Part shown: positions 48,444 through 57,512 of the stretch, piece after piece
Layout of the letters: each line of letters starts with the position of its first letter
How positions within the stretch are numbered: position 1 is the first letter of the stretch
Source: Candidatus Latescibacterota bacterium
GTDB taxonomy: Bacteria; Latescibacterota; UBA2968; GCA-2709665
DNA: 64,000 bases
NCBI GenBank assembly: GCA_963667175.2
Contig: CAXXXF010000015.1
Location: forward strand, 768,001 to 832,000
Reading direction: 5' to 3'
The notes under the pieces: generated by a model
The model's input: the letters and a program-made list of their open reading frames with translations, nothing else
Databases searched by the model: none
Told to the model about the DNA's origin: nothing
Position numbers and translations under genes: made by a program

Positions 48444-50801
48444 TCAGTTCACCGTAAAGGTGTTCTCGCTGGCGTACGTCCCCCTCTCGCCGTCGATGGT
48501 AATCTCGGCGACCATCCTGTACGCCCCTGCGCCGGTGGCCGAGTAAGGGCACAGGCCCACGCGCAGCGTGCGCTCAATATCCGTCCATGAATCCCCCTCT
48601 TTCAGTTGCCATTTCGACGTGTGGGTCGTGTAGGTCGCGCCGTCAAGGGAAATACCGATGAGGGTGATGCATTGCTCCGTTGTCGATAGAGCCAGGAATT
48701 CAACCCCGCCGTTCGACACGCGAAGCCCGGCCAACGGCTTTGTTTCCACCGGCGTTGTCGTCGTTTCTTCGCAATTCTTGCCGGTGGCCCGGTCGATCCC
48801 TTCAAGCCACGACTGGAAACCCTCGTCGAGCGGGGCGCATAGCCCCGTGGCGTGAAACTGCAGATGTTCCATGCCGTTCAGGTTGGTCAGGCTGAACGGT
48901 AGCGCGCCATTGAGATCCGCATTATCGTTGACCCACAACTGCGCGAGTTTGGACAGGTTGCCCATGGACTCGGGAATCTCGCCGCTCAACGTGTTTTCGG
49001 AAAGGTCCAGCCATACCAGGGTGGACAATTTGCCCAATTCCGAGGGGATAGGACCGGTCAGCTTGTTGGCGGCGATCCAGAGCACCTCGATGGAGGACAT
49101 ATCGGCCAGTTCAACCGGTATCGCGCCACTCAGTTCGTTCTTGTCCAGTTCCAGCCACCTGAGCTCGTCTGACCTGCTGAACTCGGACGGAATCTCGCCC
49201 GTCAGTTTGTTTTCATTCAATCTGAGAACTTCCAGGACGGCGACGTTGGCCAGTTCCGGGGGAATGGGTCCGGTGAGTTCGTTTTCGTTGAGGTAGAGCC
49301 GCTGGAGGTGGGTCAGATTGCCAAGCGCCCCTGGAATCTCGCCGGACAGTTTGTTCGAGCTGAGCCATATCATATTCACGTTGGTCATGTCGCCCAGTTC
49401 GGCGGGTATGGCGCCGGTCAGTTCGTTTTCAGAGAAATCCAGAAATAACAGATTCGTCAGCTTGCCTAATTCTGCAGGTATTGCGCCGCTCAACGCATTT
49501 TTCCAGATCCACAGGATCTTGAGATTGGAAAGTTCTCCAAATTCGGCGGGTATCGTACCGCTCAACTCGTTTGCGTCGAGATTCAGCCAACGCAGTTCGG
49601 AGAGGGTTCCTAATTCGGGGGGTATGGTCCCGCTCAACTGGTTGGTGTTGAGAGCCATCGATCTGAGATCGGACAGGTTTCCCAGTTCGACGGGTATCGT
49701 ACCGTTCAACGCGTTCCGGTGCAAAAAGAGCGCTTCATTAAGGGTGAGATTTCCCAATTCAGGGGGAATGGGACCAGCCAGGCCGTTCCTTTGAAGGTAA
49801 AGGCGTCTCAGATGGGACAGGCTGCCCAGTTCAGACGGGATTTCGCCGGTCAGGTTGTTGTCGCTCAGGTTTACGACGGAAACGCGACCGTCGAAGGCGA
49901 TCACGCCATGCCACGTGGAAACATGCTTATCGGTCAGCCAGTTTGTCCTCTCCGACCAGTTGTCTCCGCCCGTCGATCTGTAAAGCGCCACCAGGGCGTC
50001 GCGCTCCGCGGGGTCCACGAGCGGGGCGGGCGGCGGGAGTTCCTTTCCGAACTGGGCGGAGAATTCGAGAAAATCGCCGAACGCGACCGATCCGTCGCCA
50101 TCCAGATCGAACCTTCCGTCAAAGGCATCGTCCTCCTGCTGAGATCCGAAGTTGCTCCCCAAAAGCAAAAAGTCGGAGAATGCGACCGTACCGTCGCCGT
50201 CGAAGTCGGCGCGGTGCACGTCAAGGCCGGGAGACGGCGTCGCCGTACTGTCCTGCAGAGAAATATCGACGTCGAACGACGCGGTTTCCTCCCGGTAACG
50301 ACCCAGGGAGATTTCTCCGTGGGCCAACCGGATCGTGGTGCTCGAAAACGATTCAGACGTGCGAAAACGCGCGTTACCCACAAGGCCGGCGCTGGGGGTG
50401 GCGCGGCTCGCGAACGGCCAGACCGTGATCTCCACGGACGTCGGGTGCGTCTCTTCACTCGGTACCGCCACGGCATTGGTCATGATCCCGCCGACGTCGA
50501 ACCCGTCGAAGAGGACCTGGCGCGCGTCGTACTCGAAACGCATGGTTAGCGCGGTTGCCCCCTGGATGTCATCGCCGAAAACCTGTATGGAAACGACGTC
50601 CTCCGCGGAGACTTCAAGAGACGTGGCGCCCTGATCGCCCTCCGCCGCATCCAGGTCGGGAGACAGCGTAAACGGACTCTGAGAAGAAATCGGCTGCGGG
50701 GCAATCCACAGGACCAGGGCGATGATTGCAAAGAACAACACAACCGACGCGCCGAAGTAACGGGTGGGCCAACGAGAGGGATGAATTCTCAACTCGGACA
50801 T
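48444..50801 (-). CDS. Secreted cohesin-like + dockerin-like + plant-type LRR protein
   Basis: N-terminal hydrophobic signal, beta-sandwich (RFEYDARQVLF), ADFDGDGTVAFSDFL / FDLDGDGSVAFGDFL, LRR cap ERDALVALY...TWHGV, about 14 LxxLxLxxNxLsGxIPxELG repeats. Confidence 0.88.
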   Translation of the reverse strand: MSELRIHPSRWPTRYFGASVVLFFAIIALVLWIAPQPISSQSPFTLSPDLDAAEGDQGATSLEVSAEDVVSIQVFGDDIQGATALTMRFEYDARQVLFDGFDVGGIMTNAVAVPSEETHPTSVEITVWPFASRATPSAGLVGNARFRTSESFSSTTIRLAHGEISLGRYREETASFDVDISLQDSTATPSPGLDVHRADFDGDGTVAFSDFLLLGSNFGSQQEDDAFDGRFDLDGDGSVAFGDFLEFSAQFGKELPPPAPLVDPAERDALVALYRSTGGDNWSERTNWLTDKHVSTWHGVIAFDGRVSVVNLSDNNLTGEIPSELGSLSHLRRLYLQRNGLAGPIPPELGNLTLNEALFLHRNALNGTIPVELGNLSDLRSMALNTNQLSGTIPPELGTLSELRWLNLDANELSGTIPAEFGELSNLKILWIWKNALSGAIPAELGKLTNLLFLDFSENELTGAIPAELGDMTNVNMIWLSSNKLSGEIPGALGNLTHLQRLYLNENELTGPIPPELANVAVLEVLRLNENKLTGEIPSEFSRSDELRWLELDKNELSGAIPVELADMSSIEVLWIAANKLTGPIPSELGKLSTLVWLDLSENTLSGEIPESMGNLSKLAQLWVNDNADLNGALPFSLTNLNGMEHLQFHATGLCAPLDEGFQSWLEGIDRATGKNCEETTTTPVETKPLAGLRVSNGGVEFLALSTTEQCITLIGISLDGATYTTHTSKWQLKEGDSWTDIERTLRVGLCPYSATGAGAYRMVAEITIDGERGTYASENTFTVN

Positions 50802-51223
50802 GGTTTCGATTCTCCTGATTCAATCCTGTCGTTCTATTTGGAAAATAACGTCAGAAACTACGAAACACGCGAAAAAACCGAAAAATCCGTGACTGAGATC
50901 AATTGTCACAAGAGGCCTGCATGCATGCAGGCGCAAAACCACAATGTTGCGCGTCAGCCTGGCAAGGCGACGATTTTCATCATTAATGGGGGCACCAAAG
51001 GGGCATGACAACTGCTTTCTCACATTTAACATAAGGGATTCCCCCGGATTCATCAAGGGTATACCGGGTTGAATATTCCTCGCCGATTACGCAGACGCTC
51101 CGGGCTCTCCCAATCTCGAATCGTCAATCGAACCATCGGCTGTGAGACGCGAGCCCGTTTACTCAACACGGCGGCGATTTCCCACAGGGTTCCACGAGAC
51201 ACCTGCAATCGCTGAATCAATTG

Positions 51224-51258
51224 ATACAACGAAATCGTTGACAACATTTCTGTTGTAT
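51224..51258. promoter_or_regulatory. Second tandem CAAC-N6-GTTG box
   Basis: ATACAACGAAATCGTTGACAACATTTCTGTTGTAT, same 35-nt geometry as 42535-42569. Confidence 0.65.
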
Positions 51259-51395
51259 TCTGGCTTGTTCGTTCCGGATCCACCTCTCAGGACGGAGCTA
51301 TTGCTGATTTTCCGCAGACAGCGGCCGGACGATCTCGCGTAAGAAATCAAGCCGACGGCGGCCTTTCGCACACGTCCGCGTCGTCTGAGCCTCGT

Positions 51396-51433
51396 CCAAT
51401 GGGGTTGACAGTAGCGTACTTATGCGATAGATT
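51396..51433 (+). promoter_or_regulatory. Putative promoter of the cohesin-CTD gene
   Basis: CCAATGGGGTTGACAG; TTGACA (51405)-N17-TAGATT (51428). Confidence 0.6.
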
Positions 51434-51488
51434 TCGTGTAGGAATCGTTCGTTGTGGAACAGAACAGGCCATTCTAAGGAGTAAGCCT

Positions 51489-52565
51489 ATGCGACGGATT
51501 TTGATCCCGACCATCTGTGCGGCGCTGGTGTCATTCGTCCCGGCCGCGGCCGATGAATTGACCGCGGACGAAAGCAGGAGCGCGATTGCAAAGCCGAAGG
51601 CGCGGCAACTGAGCGTCCTGGATGAGGGCAGGCGTTCTCTACCGAAGCCCACTCCTTCGACGGGAGACGGTACGGTGAAGGGATACGGGCTTTCGCTGGA
51701 ACACGTTCCCTCGAAATACGAGATGGTAAACGGCCGTGCGTCGAGCGGGAATCCGCTGGACGCCGCGGGCAGAGATCGGTCGTTGTCGACGTCGGATTTT
51801 GGGGAAGGAAATTCCAACGGTAAACTGACGAAGGGTTTGAACGTAACGGGCGGGCGGAACGCCTTTGCTACCCTCAAGCTCGAGCCGATCAACGAAGTCG
51901 ACGCGGACAAGGGGACCTTGAGAATTCTCGTATCACTTGCGCACGCGAAGGACCTGAAAGGGTACGGATTTTCGGTGCACTACGACCCTGCGAAGTACGA
52001 GTTCGTAAAGGCCGGGGAATCGGAGGAGAATCTGCTCACGTCCGGATCCGGTAGGCAGACGCTTTTCGTGTCCGCCAACCACACACCTGGGCGGGTGGAT
52101 CTGGGCGCCGTGAAGGTGGATGGGCAGGGCGTCAGCGGCGACGGAAAGCTCGTCGAACTTACCTTCAAGACGCCCGGCGCGACCGCAGCGGGCGATTTCA
52201 GGGTTTCGGAAGGCGTCCTGGTCGGTCTCGACGGCGCCATCGACCGGCTGGCGAACGTGGAATTCGCCCGACTGACGCCGGAAGCCGACGAATACGCCCT
52301 GGAGCAGAATGTGCCGAACCCGTTCAATCCATCCACTGTCATCGGATACCGCATTCCGGAGGCGGGTCCGGTCCGGCTGGCCATTTACAACCTGCTGGGC
52401 CAGGAGGTGCGCGTTCTGGTCGACCGCCATATGGAGGCAGGTTCCTTGTCGGCCACCTGGGATGGAAAGGATGAAACGGGCAGGCAGGTGTCCAGCGGCA
52501 TCTATCTCTACCGGATTCAGGCAGGCGGTTTCCTGGCGTCTAAACGAATGATGTTCCTGAAATGA
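51489..52565 (+). CDS. Secreted protein with cohesin-like domain and FlgD-Ig / T9SS type-A-like C-terminal domain
   Basis: AAGGAG RBS, signal peptide; LKGYGFSVHYDPAKYEFV...VSGDGKLVELTF (cohesin-like); YALEQNVPNPFNPST.I.Y...IYNLLGQEVRVLV...WDGKD...SGIYLYRI...KRMMFLK. Confidence 0.82.
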   Translation: MRRILIPTICAALVSFVPAAADELTADESRSAIAKPKARQLSVLDEGRRSLPKPTPSTGDGTVKGYGLSLEHVPSKYEMVNGRASSGNPLDAAGRDRSLSTSDFGEGNSNGKLTKGLNVTGGRNAFATLKLEPINEVDADKGTLRILVSLAHAKDLKGYGFSVHYDPAKYEFVKAGESEENLLTSGSGRQTLFVSANHTPGRVDLGAVKVDGQGVSGDGKLVELTFKTPGATAAGDFRVSEGVLVGLDGAIDRLANVEFARLTPEADEYALEQNVPNPFNPSTVIGYRIPEAGPVRLAIYNLLGQEVRVLVDRHMEAGSLSATWDGKDETGRQVSSGIYLYRIQAGGFLASKRMMFLK

Positions 52566-52593
52566 CCGGGCTTGACGTCGCAACGGAATAGAC

Positions 52594-52622
52594 GGGCCGC
52601 CCCGAACGTGAGGCGGCCCTTT
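52594..52622 (+). terminator. Intrinsic terminator
   Basis: GGGCCGCC-ccgaacgtga-GGCGGCCC-TTT after the stop at 52565. Confidence 0.6.
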
Positions 52623-52658
52623 CCATTCCAATCGATCATCCAATGGGAGGAAGGGAAC

Positions 52659-53564
52659 ATGCCCCGATTACGCGCGATCGCCCTGGCGGTCCTGGGTACG
52701 CTCGCGTTCGTCCCGCCGGTTGTCGCGGAGACGCCGGACTTCTATGCGCACTGGGGGGACGGCAGGGCGGAGATCTCCAGCTATCGCGTGGCCCAGCCTC
52801 GATACGGAGAGAATCGCGAGGGCTACGGCGTGCTCATTTTCGTCACGGAAGACCTGAACCGGAATACCTACGTCAAGGTCGAGTCGCCCACGCCGCAGGC
52901 AGACCGGGTCTACGTTCTCAAACTGAATAACGTCCTCAAGTTCACCACCGGAATTTACGACTATTCGGTAATGACATCCGTCTTCAGCGCCGTCGAGGGG
53001 TTCGCGGGTTCGGATCCGTTCGAGTTGATGAAAGTGAACCTGAGTTCTCAGGAATGGTGCGGGCACGTATTCGACGAGGTGCGGGTGGTTGACGGCAAGG
53101 CGCGCGGCGCGCTGAACAGCTACTTTGAACGCGAAGGCTTGCGTACATATAGCCTGGACGTACCCGAAGGGTTTCAGAGTGAAGACCATCTGCTCATTCA
53201 GATCAGGGAACTCAAGGGTCCGATGATGCAGGCCGGTGAATCGCGGCCGATCCGGCTGCTGCGCAGCCTCTGGTCGTACCGGACGGGGCGCCGTCCCCAC
53301 GCCCTGGTGGACGCGCGGCTGAGTAAGGGAATGCCGGAGGCGGTTACTGTCTCGGCAGAAAGGCACGAAGCCATCCCGTGGCGGCTGGCGGCTGGAGACT
53401 GGAGCAAGACAATATGGGTGGAAACGTCCCATCCGCACCGCATCCTGAAATGGGAGGACGCGTCGGATGGCAGGGGGGAACTGATGGTTACGATCCGCGA
53501 ACCCTACTGGCGACAGAAGACGGCACGGGACGAAATCTTCCGGCAGCGACTGGGGATCCCCTGA
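52659..53564 (+). CDS. Conserved hypothetical secreted protein
   Basis: Signal peptide; WGDGRAEISSY..Q.RYGE, LIFVTE, VLKLN..F.TGIY.YS and QEWCG match a family I recall from Bacteroidota; function unknown. Confidence 0.7.
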   Translation: MPRLRAIALAVLGTLAFVPPVVAETPDFYAHWGDGRAEISSYRVAQPRYGENREGYGVLIFVTEDLNRNTYVKVESPTPQADRVYVLKLNNVLKFTTGIYDYSVMTSVFSAVEGFAGSDPFELMKVNLSSQEWCGHVFDEVRVVDGKARGALNSYFEREGLRTYSLDVPEGFQSEDHLLIQIRELKGPMMQAGESRPIRLLRSLWSYRTGRRPHALVDARLSKGMPEAVTVSAERHEAIPWRLAAGDWSKTIWVETSHPHRILKWEDASDGRGELMVTIREPYWRQKTARDEIFRQRLGIP

Positions 53565-53586
53565 CACATAAATCGGAGGATATGAA

Positions 53587-54336
53587 ATGACGCCGATCGA
53601 GCAGTCGCGTGAGGCCGTTGAGCAGAGCGACGTCGAAAGGCTGGAGGCGCTGATCGAGATCCATCCTGACCTGCCCAACCTCAGGTCGGAGGATAACGAC
53701 CGGACGCTGCTGCATACAGTGGCGGACTATCCGGGGCACAAGCCGAAGGGCATTGAGATGGCCCGCGTGCTCATTGCGGCGGGCGCCAACGTGAACGCGC
53801 GTTTCCAGCACGGGCAGGTCAAGGCGGTCAGGGAGACGCCCCTGCACTGGGCGGCGAGCAACGACGACGTCGACCTGGCGGAGCTGCTTCTGGACGCAGG
53901 GGCGGATATCGACGTTGACTGCGGCGTTATTGCGAATGGCACGCCAATCTGGAATGCCGTCATTTTTCGTTGCGTGAACGCCGCACGGCTGCTGATCGAA
54001 CGGGGCGCGTCGTCCAATCTGATGACCGCCGCGGGCGCCGGTCGCAGGGACCTGGTGGACATGTACTTCGACGATCGGGGAAACGTGACGGAAAGCGCTG
54101 GCGCCCTGCCATGCTGGAATGCGCCGCGGCCGCCGCAGACGGCGCTGGACAGCGCGTTCGGCCTGGCGTGTCGAAACGGCCACGCGACCATCGCAAAGGT
54201 CCTCTACGAACGCGGCGCCGATCCGGACTGGGTCAACCCGGCCGGCGAATCCGCATATCAGCAGGCGAAGACCGGCGGTCACAAGATCGTCATGGACTGG
54301 ATGAAAGCCCGCGGCATAGCGCCCGAAGACGCATGA
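53587..54336 (+). CDS. Ankyrin repeat protein
   Basis: RTLLH, LIAAGANVN, ETPLHWAASNDD.DLAELLLDAGADID, GTPI. Confidence 0.9.
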   Translation: MTPIEQSREAVEQSDVERLEALIEIHPDLPNLRSEDNDRTLLHTVADYPGHKPKGIEMARVLIAAGANVNARFQHGQVKAVRETPLHWAASNDDVDLAELLLDAGADIDVDCGVIANGTPIWNAVIFRCVNAARLLIERGASSNLMTAAGAGRRDLVDMYFDDRGNVTESAGALPCWNAPRPPQTALDSAFGLACRNGHATIAKVLYERGADPDWVNPAGESAYQQAKTGGHKIVMDWMKARGIAPEDA

Positions 54337-54593
54337 GTCCGGACGCATCCTCTCCCGTCGTTCTGGGCGGCGATTCCCGTGGCGGTCTACGATTCATCTG
54401 GAACGACGCCTCGGGCGATTCCTCGAATGCGATGCACGCGCCATTGCCTTCGAAAAAGGCCTCGGCGCCAACGATGTGCCGGGCAATACCCACCTCCTCC
54501 GCGTCACGGCCGGCGACGCGTGGTGGACCTCCCTTCCTGAACGGCTTCGTGCGGAATTTGACATCTGACACCCCCGTCCGTGTCCTATCCGTA

Positions 54594-54627
54594 TCCGCAG
54601 GGGCGACCGGCCGGTCGCCCCTGCGGA
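54594..54627. repeat. Perfect 34-bp palindrome, REP-like
   Basis: TCCGCAGGGGCGACCGG|CCGGTCGCCCCTGCGGA between convergent genes. Confidence 0.8.
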
Positions 54628-54658
54628 CGCAAAAACACCGAACTTCACGTTTCACTGC

Positions 54659-55696
54659 TCATGGCTTTGCGTCAGTTCGTCCCTGCACTTCCTCAAACCG
54701 CTGTAACACCTGATCCGGTGACGCGGCGCCGGTTGTCCCGATCTGCTGGATTGTGATGGACGACACCAGCACGCCAACGCGTGCGGCGTCGACGTACGAG
54801 GCGCCCGCACATAGCGCGGCGACAATGCCTGCGGAAACACTGTCTCCCGCGCCCACAATATCGATGGGTTCGGCGACCGGGATTCCGGGAACATGGTCAA
54901 TTTCCACGCCGTCGGCGCAGAGGATACCCTCGGCGCCAAGCGTGATATAGACGGGTCGTCCGGTGCGCGCGGCAAATGACCGAATTACGGCGTTCAGGCC
55001 TGCCTCGCCTTCCATATCGGCATTGCCGCACGTCGCCGCGAGCGCCTCCTCGCGGTTGACCTTGACGATCACCTTCGTGAACCTGCCGATGCGCGAACGG
55101 GAATCCGCGAGGAACACGACGTCCGGATGCGCTCCGGCAAGATGCGCGATTCCCTCGCGAACGCGGTCCGAAATCACCCCGCAATTGCGTTCCTGGACCT
55201 GGTCGAGCACAATGACGCCGTGGACGTCGCCGAGCAGATTCTCAAGGGCAGTCAGGACGCGGTCTTCCACGTTTCGGAGAAGGGGAGAACGATTTTTGAT
55301 ATCCAGTCTCTCCATCTCCTTCCCGGACGTACCGAGAACCGGTTTGGTATAGGTTGGCGTCACGCGCTCGGACACTTCCATCAGATACCGCGTATCCACA
55401 CCCGTCGCCTGCAGGCCCGCTTTCAGATCGTACCCCTGCCCGTCATCGCCGATCACCCCCAGCGCCCGGACCCGTCCCACCCCCAGGGCGCCGAGATTAC
55501 TGGTGACGGTCCCCGCGGCGCCCGGGCGGTTTCGGACCTGTACGACCTGCCGGGCTTCGAGCCCGGTCTCCAGCGAGGTCTCGGCGAGGTCAGGATCGAC
55601 AATGAGATAGCGATCCAGGAAGTAGTCGCCGATCACCAGGACGTCCAGACCGGAAAACCTGGTTAGCAGCTTCTTCAGTTCGGAATGGATCATCAT
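54659..55696 (-). CDS. PfkB-family carbohydrate kinase (HldE/RfaE domain I-like)
   Basis: VLVIGDYFLDRY, PGAAGTVTSNL.ALG, ADSR, ITLGAEG, DIVGAGD. Confidence 0.88.
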   Translation of the reverse strand: MMIHSELKKLLTRFSGLDVLVIGDYFLDRYLIVDPDLAETSLETGLEARQVVQVRNRPGAAGTVTSNLGALGVGRVRALGVIGDDGQGYDLKAGLQATGVDTRYLMEVSERVTPTYTKPVLGTSGKEMERLDIKNRSPLLRNVEDRVLTALENLLGDVHGVIVLDQVQERNCGVISDRVREGIAHLAGAHPDVVFLADSRSRIGRFTKVIVKVNREEALAATCGNADMEGEAGLNAVIRSFAARTGRPVYITLGAEGILCADGVEIDHVPGIPVAEPIDIVGAGDSVSAGIVAALCAGASYVDAARVGVLVSSITIQQIGTTGAASPDQVLQRFEEVQGRTDAKP

Positions 55697-55736
55697 AACA
55701 ACGGGCCGGACCGGCCGCGTCCGCGGCGACCGGATG

Positions 55737-56582
55737 CTACGTATCGAGGAGATAGTGCACGAGCGTTTTCTGGCTCCGAAAGTCCGGGACAATCAGATCC
55801 GCACCTGCCTGGATCAGACGTTCGCGTTTCCATCCGTTCACACCCCGGCGTTGAGCCTCGTCCGACGCGACCCCCACGGCCGTTCCACCGGCCGACTTGA
55901 CGTTTTCTATCTCCACGTATCCATCGCCGAAGCCCAGCAACTCCGCGCCCTCGATTCCCTCAGAGTCGATCAGATCCCGGATCACCCGTTCCTTGGAGAA
56001 ATTCCGGAACTGATCCAGGGCGCCGTAGACGCGGTTTTCAAAGAAGCGCGTCAGGCCCAGGAGAGTGGCCTCTTCCTTAACGTACACATCGTCGGTGCCG
56101 CTTGCCAGATACAGCGTAAGTCCCCGGCGTTGCAAATTGTAAAGAAGATCCAGTGATTTCGGCACCATCAGATCTTCAGCCGCAACCGCGCCGGTACGGA
56201 GGCCGTCTTTTCGATCCTGGATGTGGTGGTTCAACCGCACGTGATAGCGGTGTTTGTACGCCACCGGGTCCAGGGTGGGGCCGCCTCGCTTGTGGACCTC
56301 GTCGCCAAGCCGGATCATCTGGTAGATGGTCTGCTTTCCGGTCAGGCGGTCCACGAAATCCGCGACGACAGACGTCAGTTCGTCCGCGGTTTCGCCTGAG
56401 TTGCATTCGCCGAGGGTTTCCACCATCATCGGAACCATGATTTCGCGCCACCCCTGGCGTATCAGCGAGAGTGTTCCGTCGAAGTCAAAGAGCACGGAGC
56501 GATAGCTGCCCCGTGCGATACCCGGGTTGACCCGTTCGACTTCAGCCTCATGCAACGAAACGGGTATCTTCCGTAAATTCAC
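55737..56582 (-). CDS. HAD-superfamily hydrolase
   Basis: LFDFDGTLS, LASGTD, FSK, GFGDGYVE. Confidence 0.88.
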   Translation of the reverse strand: MNLRKIPVSLHEAEVERVNPGIARGSYRSVLFDFDGTLSLIRQGWREIMVPMMVETLGECNSGETADELTSVVADFVDRLTGKQTIYQMIRLGDEVHKRGGPTLDPVAYKHRYHVRLNHHIQDRKDGLRTGAVAAEDLMVPKSLDLLYNLQRRGLTLYLASGTDDVYVKEEATLLGLTRFFENRVYGALDQFRNFSKERVIRDLIDSEGIEGAELLGFGDGYVEIENVKSAGGTAVGVASDEAQRRGVNGWKRERLIQAGADLIVPDFRSQKTLVHYLLDT

Positions 56583-56807
56583 CCATCTACCCCATGTTCA
56601 ATAAGAAATCGTGGATCTGTGACACGGCGCTGAACCAGACGGCGCAATCTAATTGTGCATCCGCAATTGTCAAGGCATTTAACCCGTCAGTACTTTCGTT
56701 TCCGTGTTTAAATCTGCTTGTGAAATTTCAATTGTACATTATCTTTAATGTCGTGCCTGTTACGTGATTGAGAGTGACGGTGGCCGGGGGCGTTTCTGGG
56801 GCTGGCT

Positions 56808-57476
56808 ATGGATCGGCAGGTTGTGCAGCGTTCATCCACCCGTACGGGTGAATTACAGCTTGCGTCCGTCAAAGCCGGTCTGGTCACCCATTTCGAACTC
56901 ATCGTCAACGGCGTTTTCCTGGTGGCCACGTACAATGCGACGTCCAATCGCGCATTGATGGAAGCCGTCATGGAAACATCGAAGCAGGGCAGGCACATCG
57001 ACCTCCTGATCGGTGGTTTGGGATTGGGAATCTCCCTTCGCCAGGCGCTCGCCTATTCGAACGTGCATTCCGTGTGTGTGGTGGAACTCGAATCCCGGAT
57101 TGTCAACTGGAACCGCGAGTACCTGGACAATGCCGACGTTCTGGACGATGCGCGTACGGAAGTGGTCGTTGGCGATTTTTACGACTTCATAATGGGAAAT
57201 CCCCGAAGCTATCACGGCATTGCGCTGGATATCGACAACGGCCCCGACTGGGTCGTGCGTTCGGAAAACCGGCGAGCATACAGCGTTTCGGCGCTGCAGG
57301 CCCTGAGAACGCGGTTGCGACCGGGTGGAACGCTGGCGATCTGGAGCCACGCCGTCAACAGATCTTACGAACGCGCGCTGGACCGTGTCTTCGGCGGGGT
57401 GACTCTAAAGCAAACATGCGACCATAACCTGACCGGAAAACCGCTGGAGAGCATCATCTACGCGGTTCGGGCCTGA
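56808..57476 (+). CDS. Spermidine synthase-like SAM-dependent transferase
   Basis: LLIGGLGLG, VVELE, IALDIDNGP, LRPGGTLAIWS. Confidence 0.82.
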   Translation: MDRQVVQRSSTRTGELQLASVKAGLVTHFELIVNGVFLVATYNATSNRALMEAVMETSKQGRHIDLLIGGLGLGISLRQALAYSNVHSVCVVELESRIVNWNREYLDNADVLDDARTEVVVGDFYDFIMGNPRSYHGIALDIDNGPDWVVRSENRRAYSVSALQALRTRLRPGGTLAIWSHAVNRSYERALDRVFGGVTLKQTCDHNLTGKPLESIIYAVRA

Positions 57477-57512
57477 CCGGGAGGGGTAGACCACTGGAAA
57501 GGAATTTTGTGG

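Noticed and set aside
48870-49880. 72-bp periodicity
   Set aside because: Fully explained by 24-aa LRR coding repeats.
36366-52622. Island as a prophage, ICE or integron
   Set aside because: No integrase, transposase, phage structural gene, att duplication or attC-type site was recognised.
56715-56750. TTGTGAAATTTCAATTG as a Rex/CRP site
   Set aside because: The second half-site does not match TTCACAA/TCACA; it is just an AT-rich divergent promoter region.
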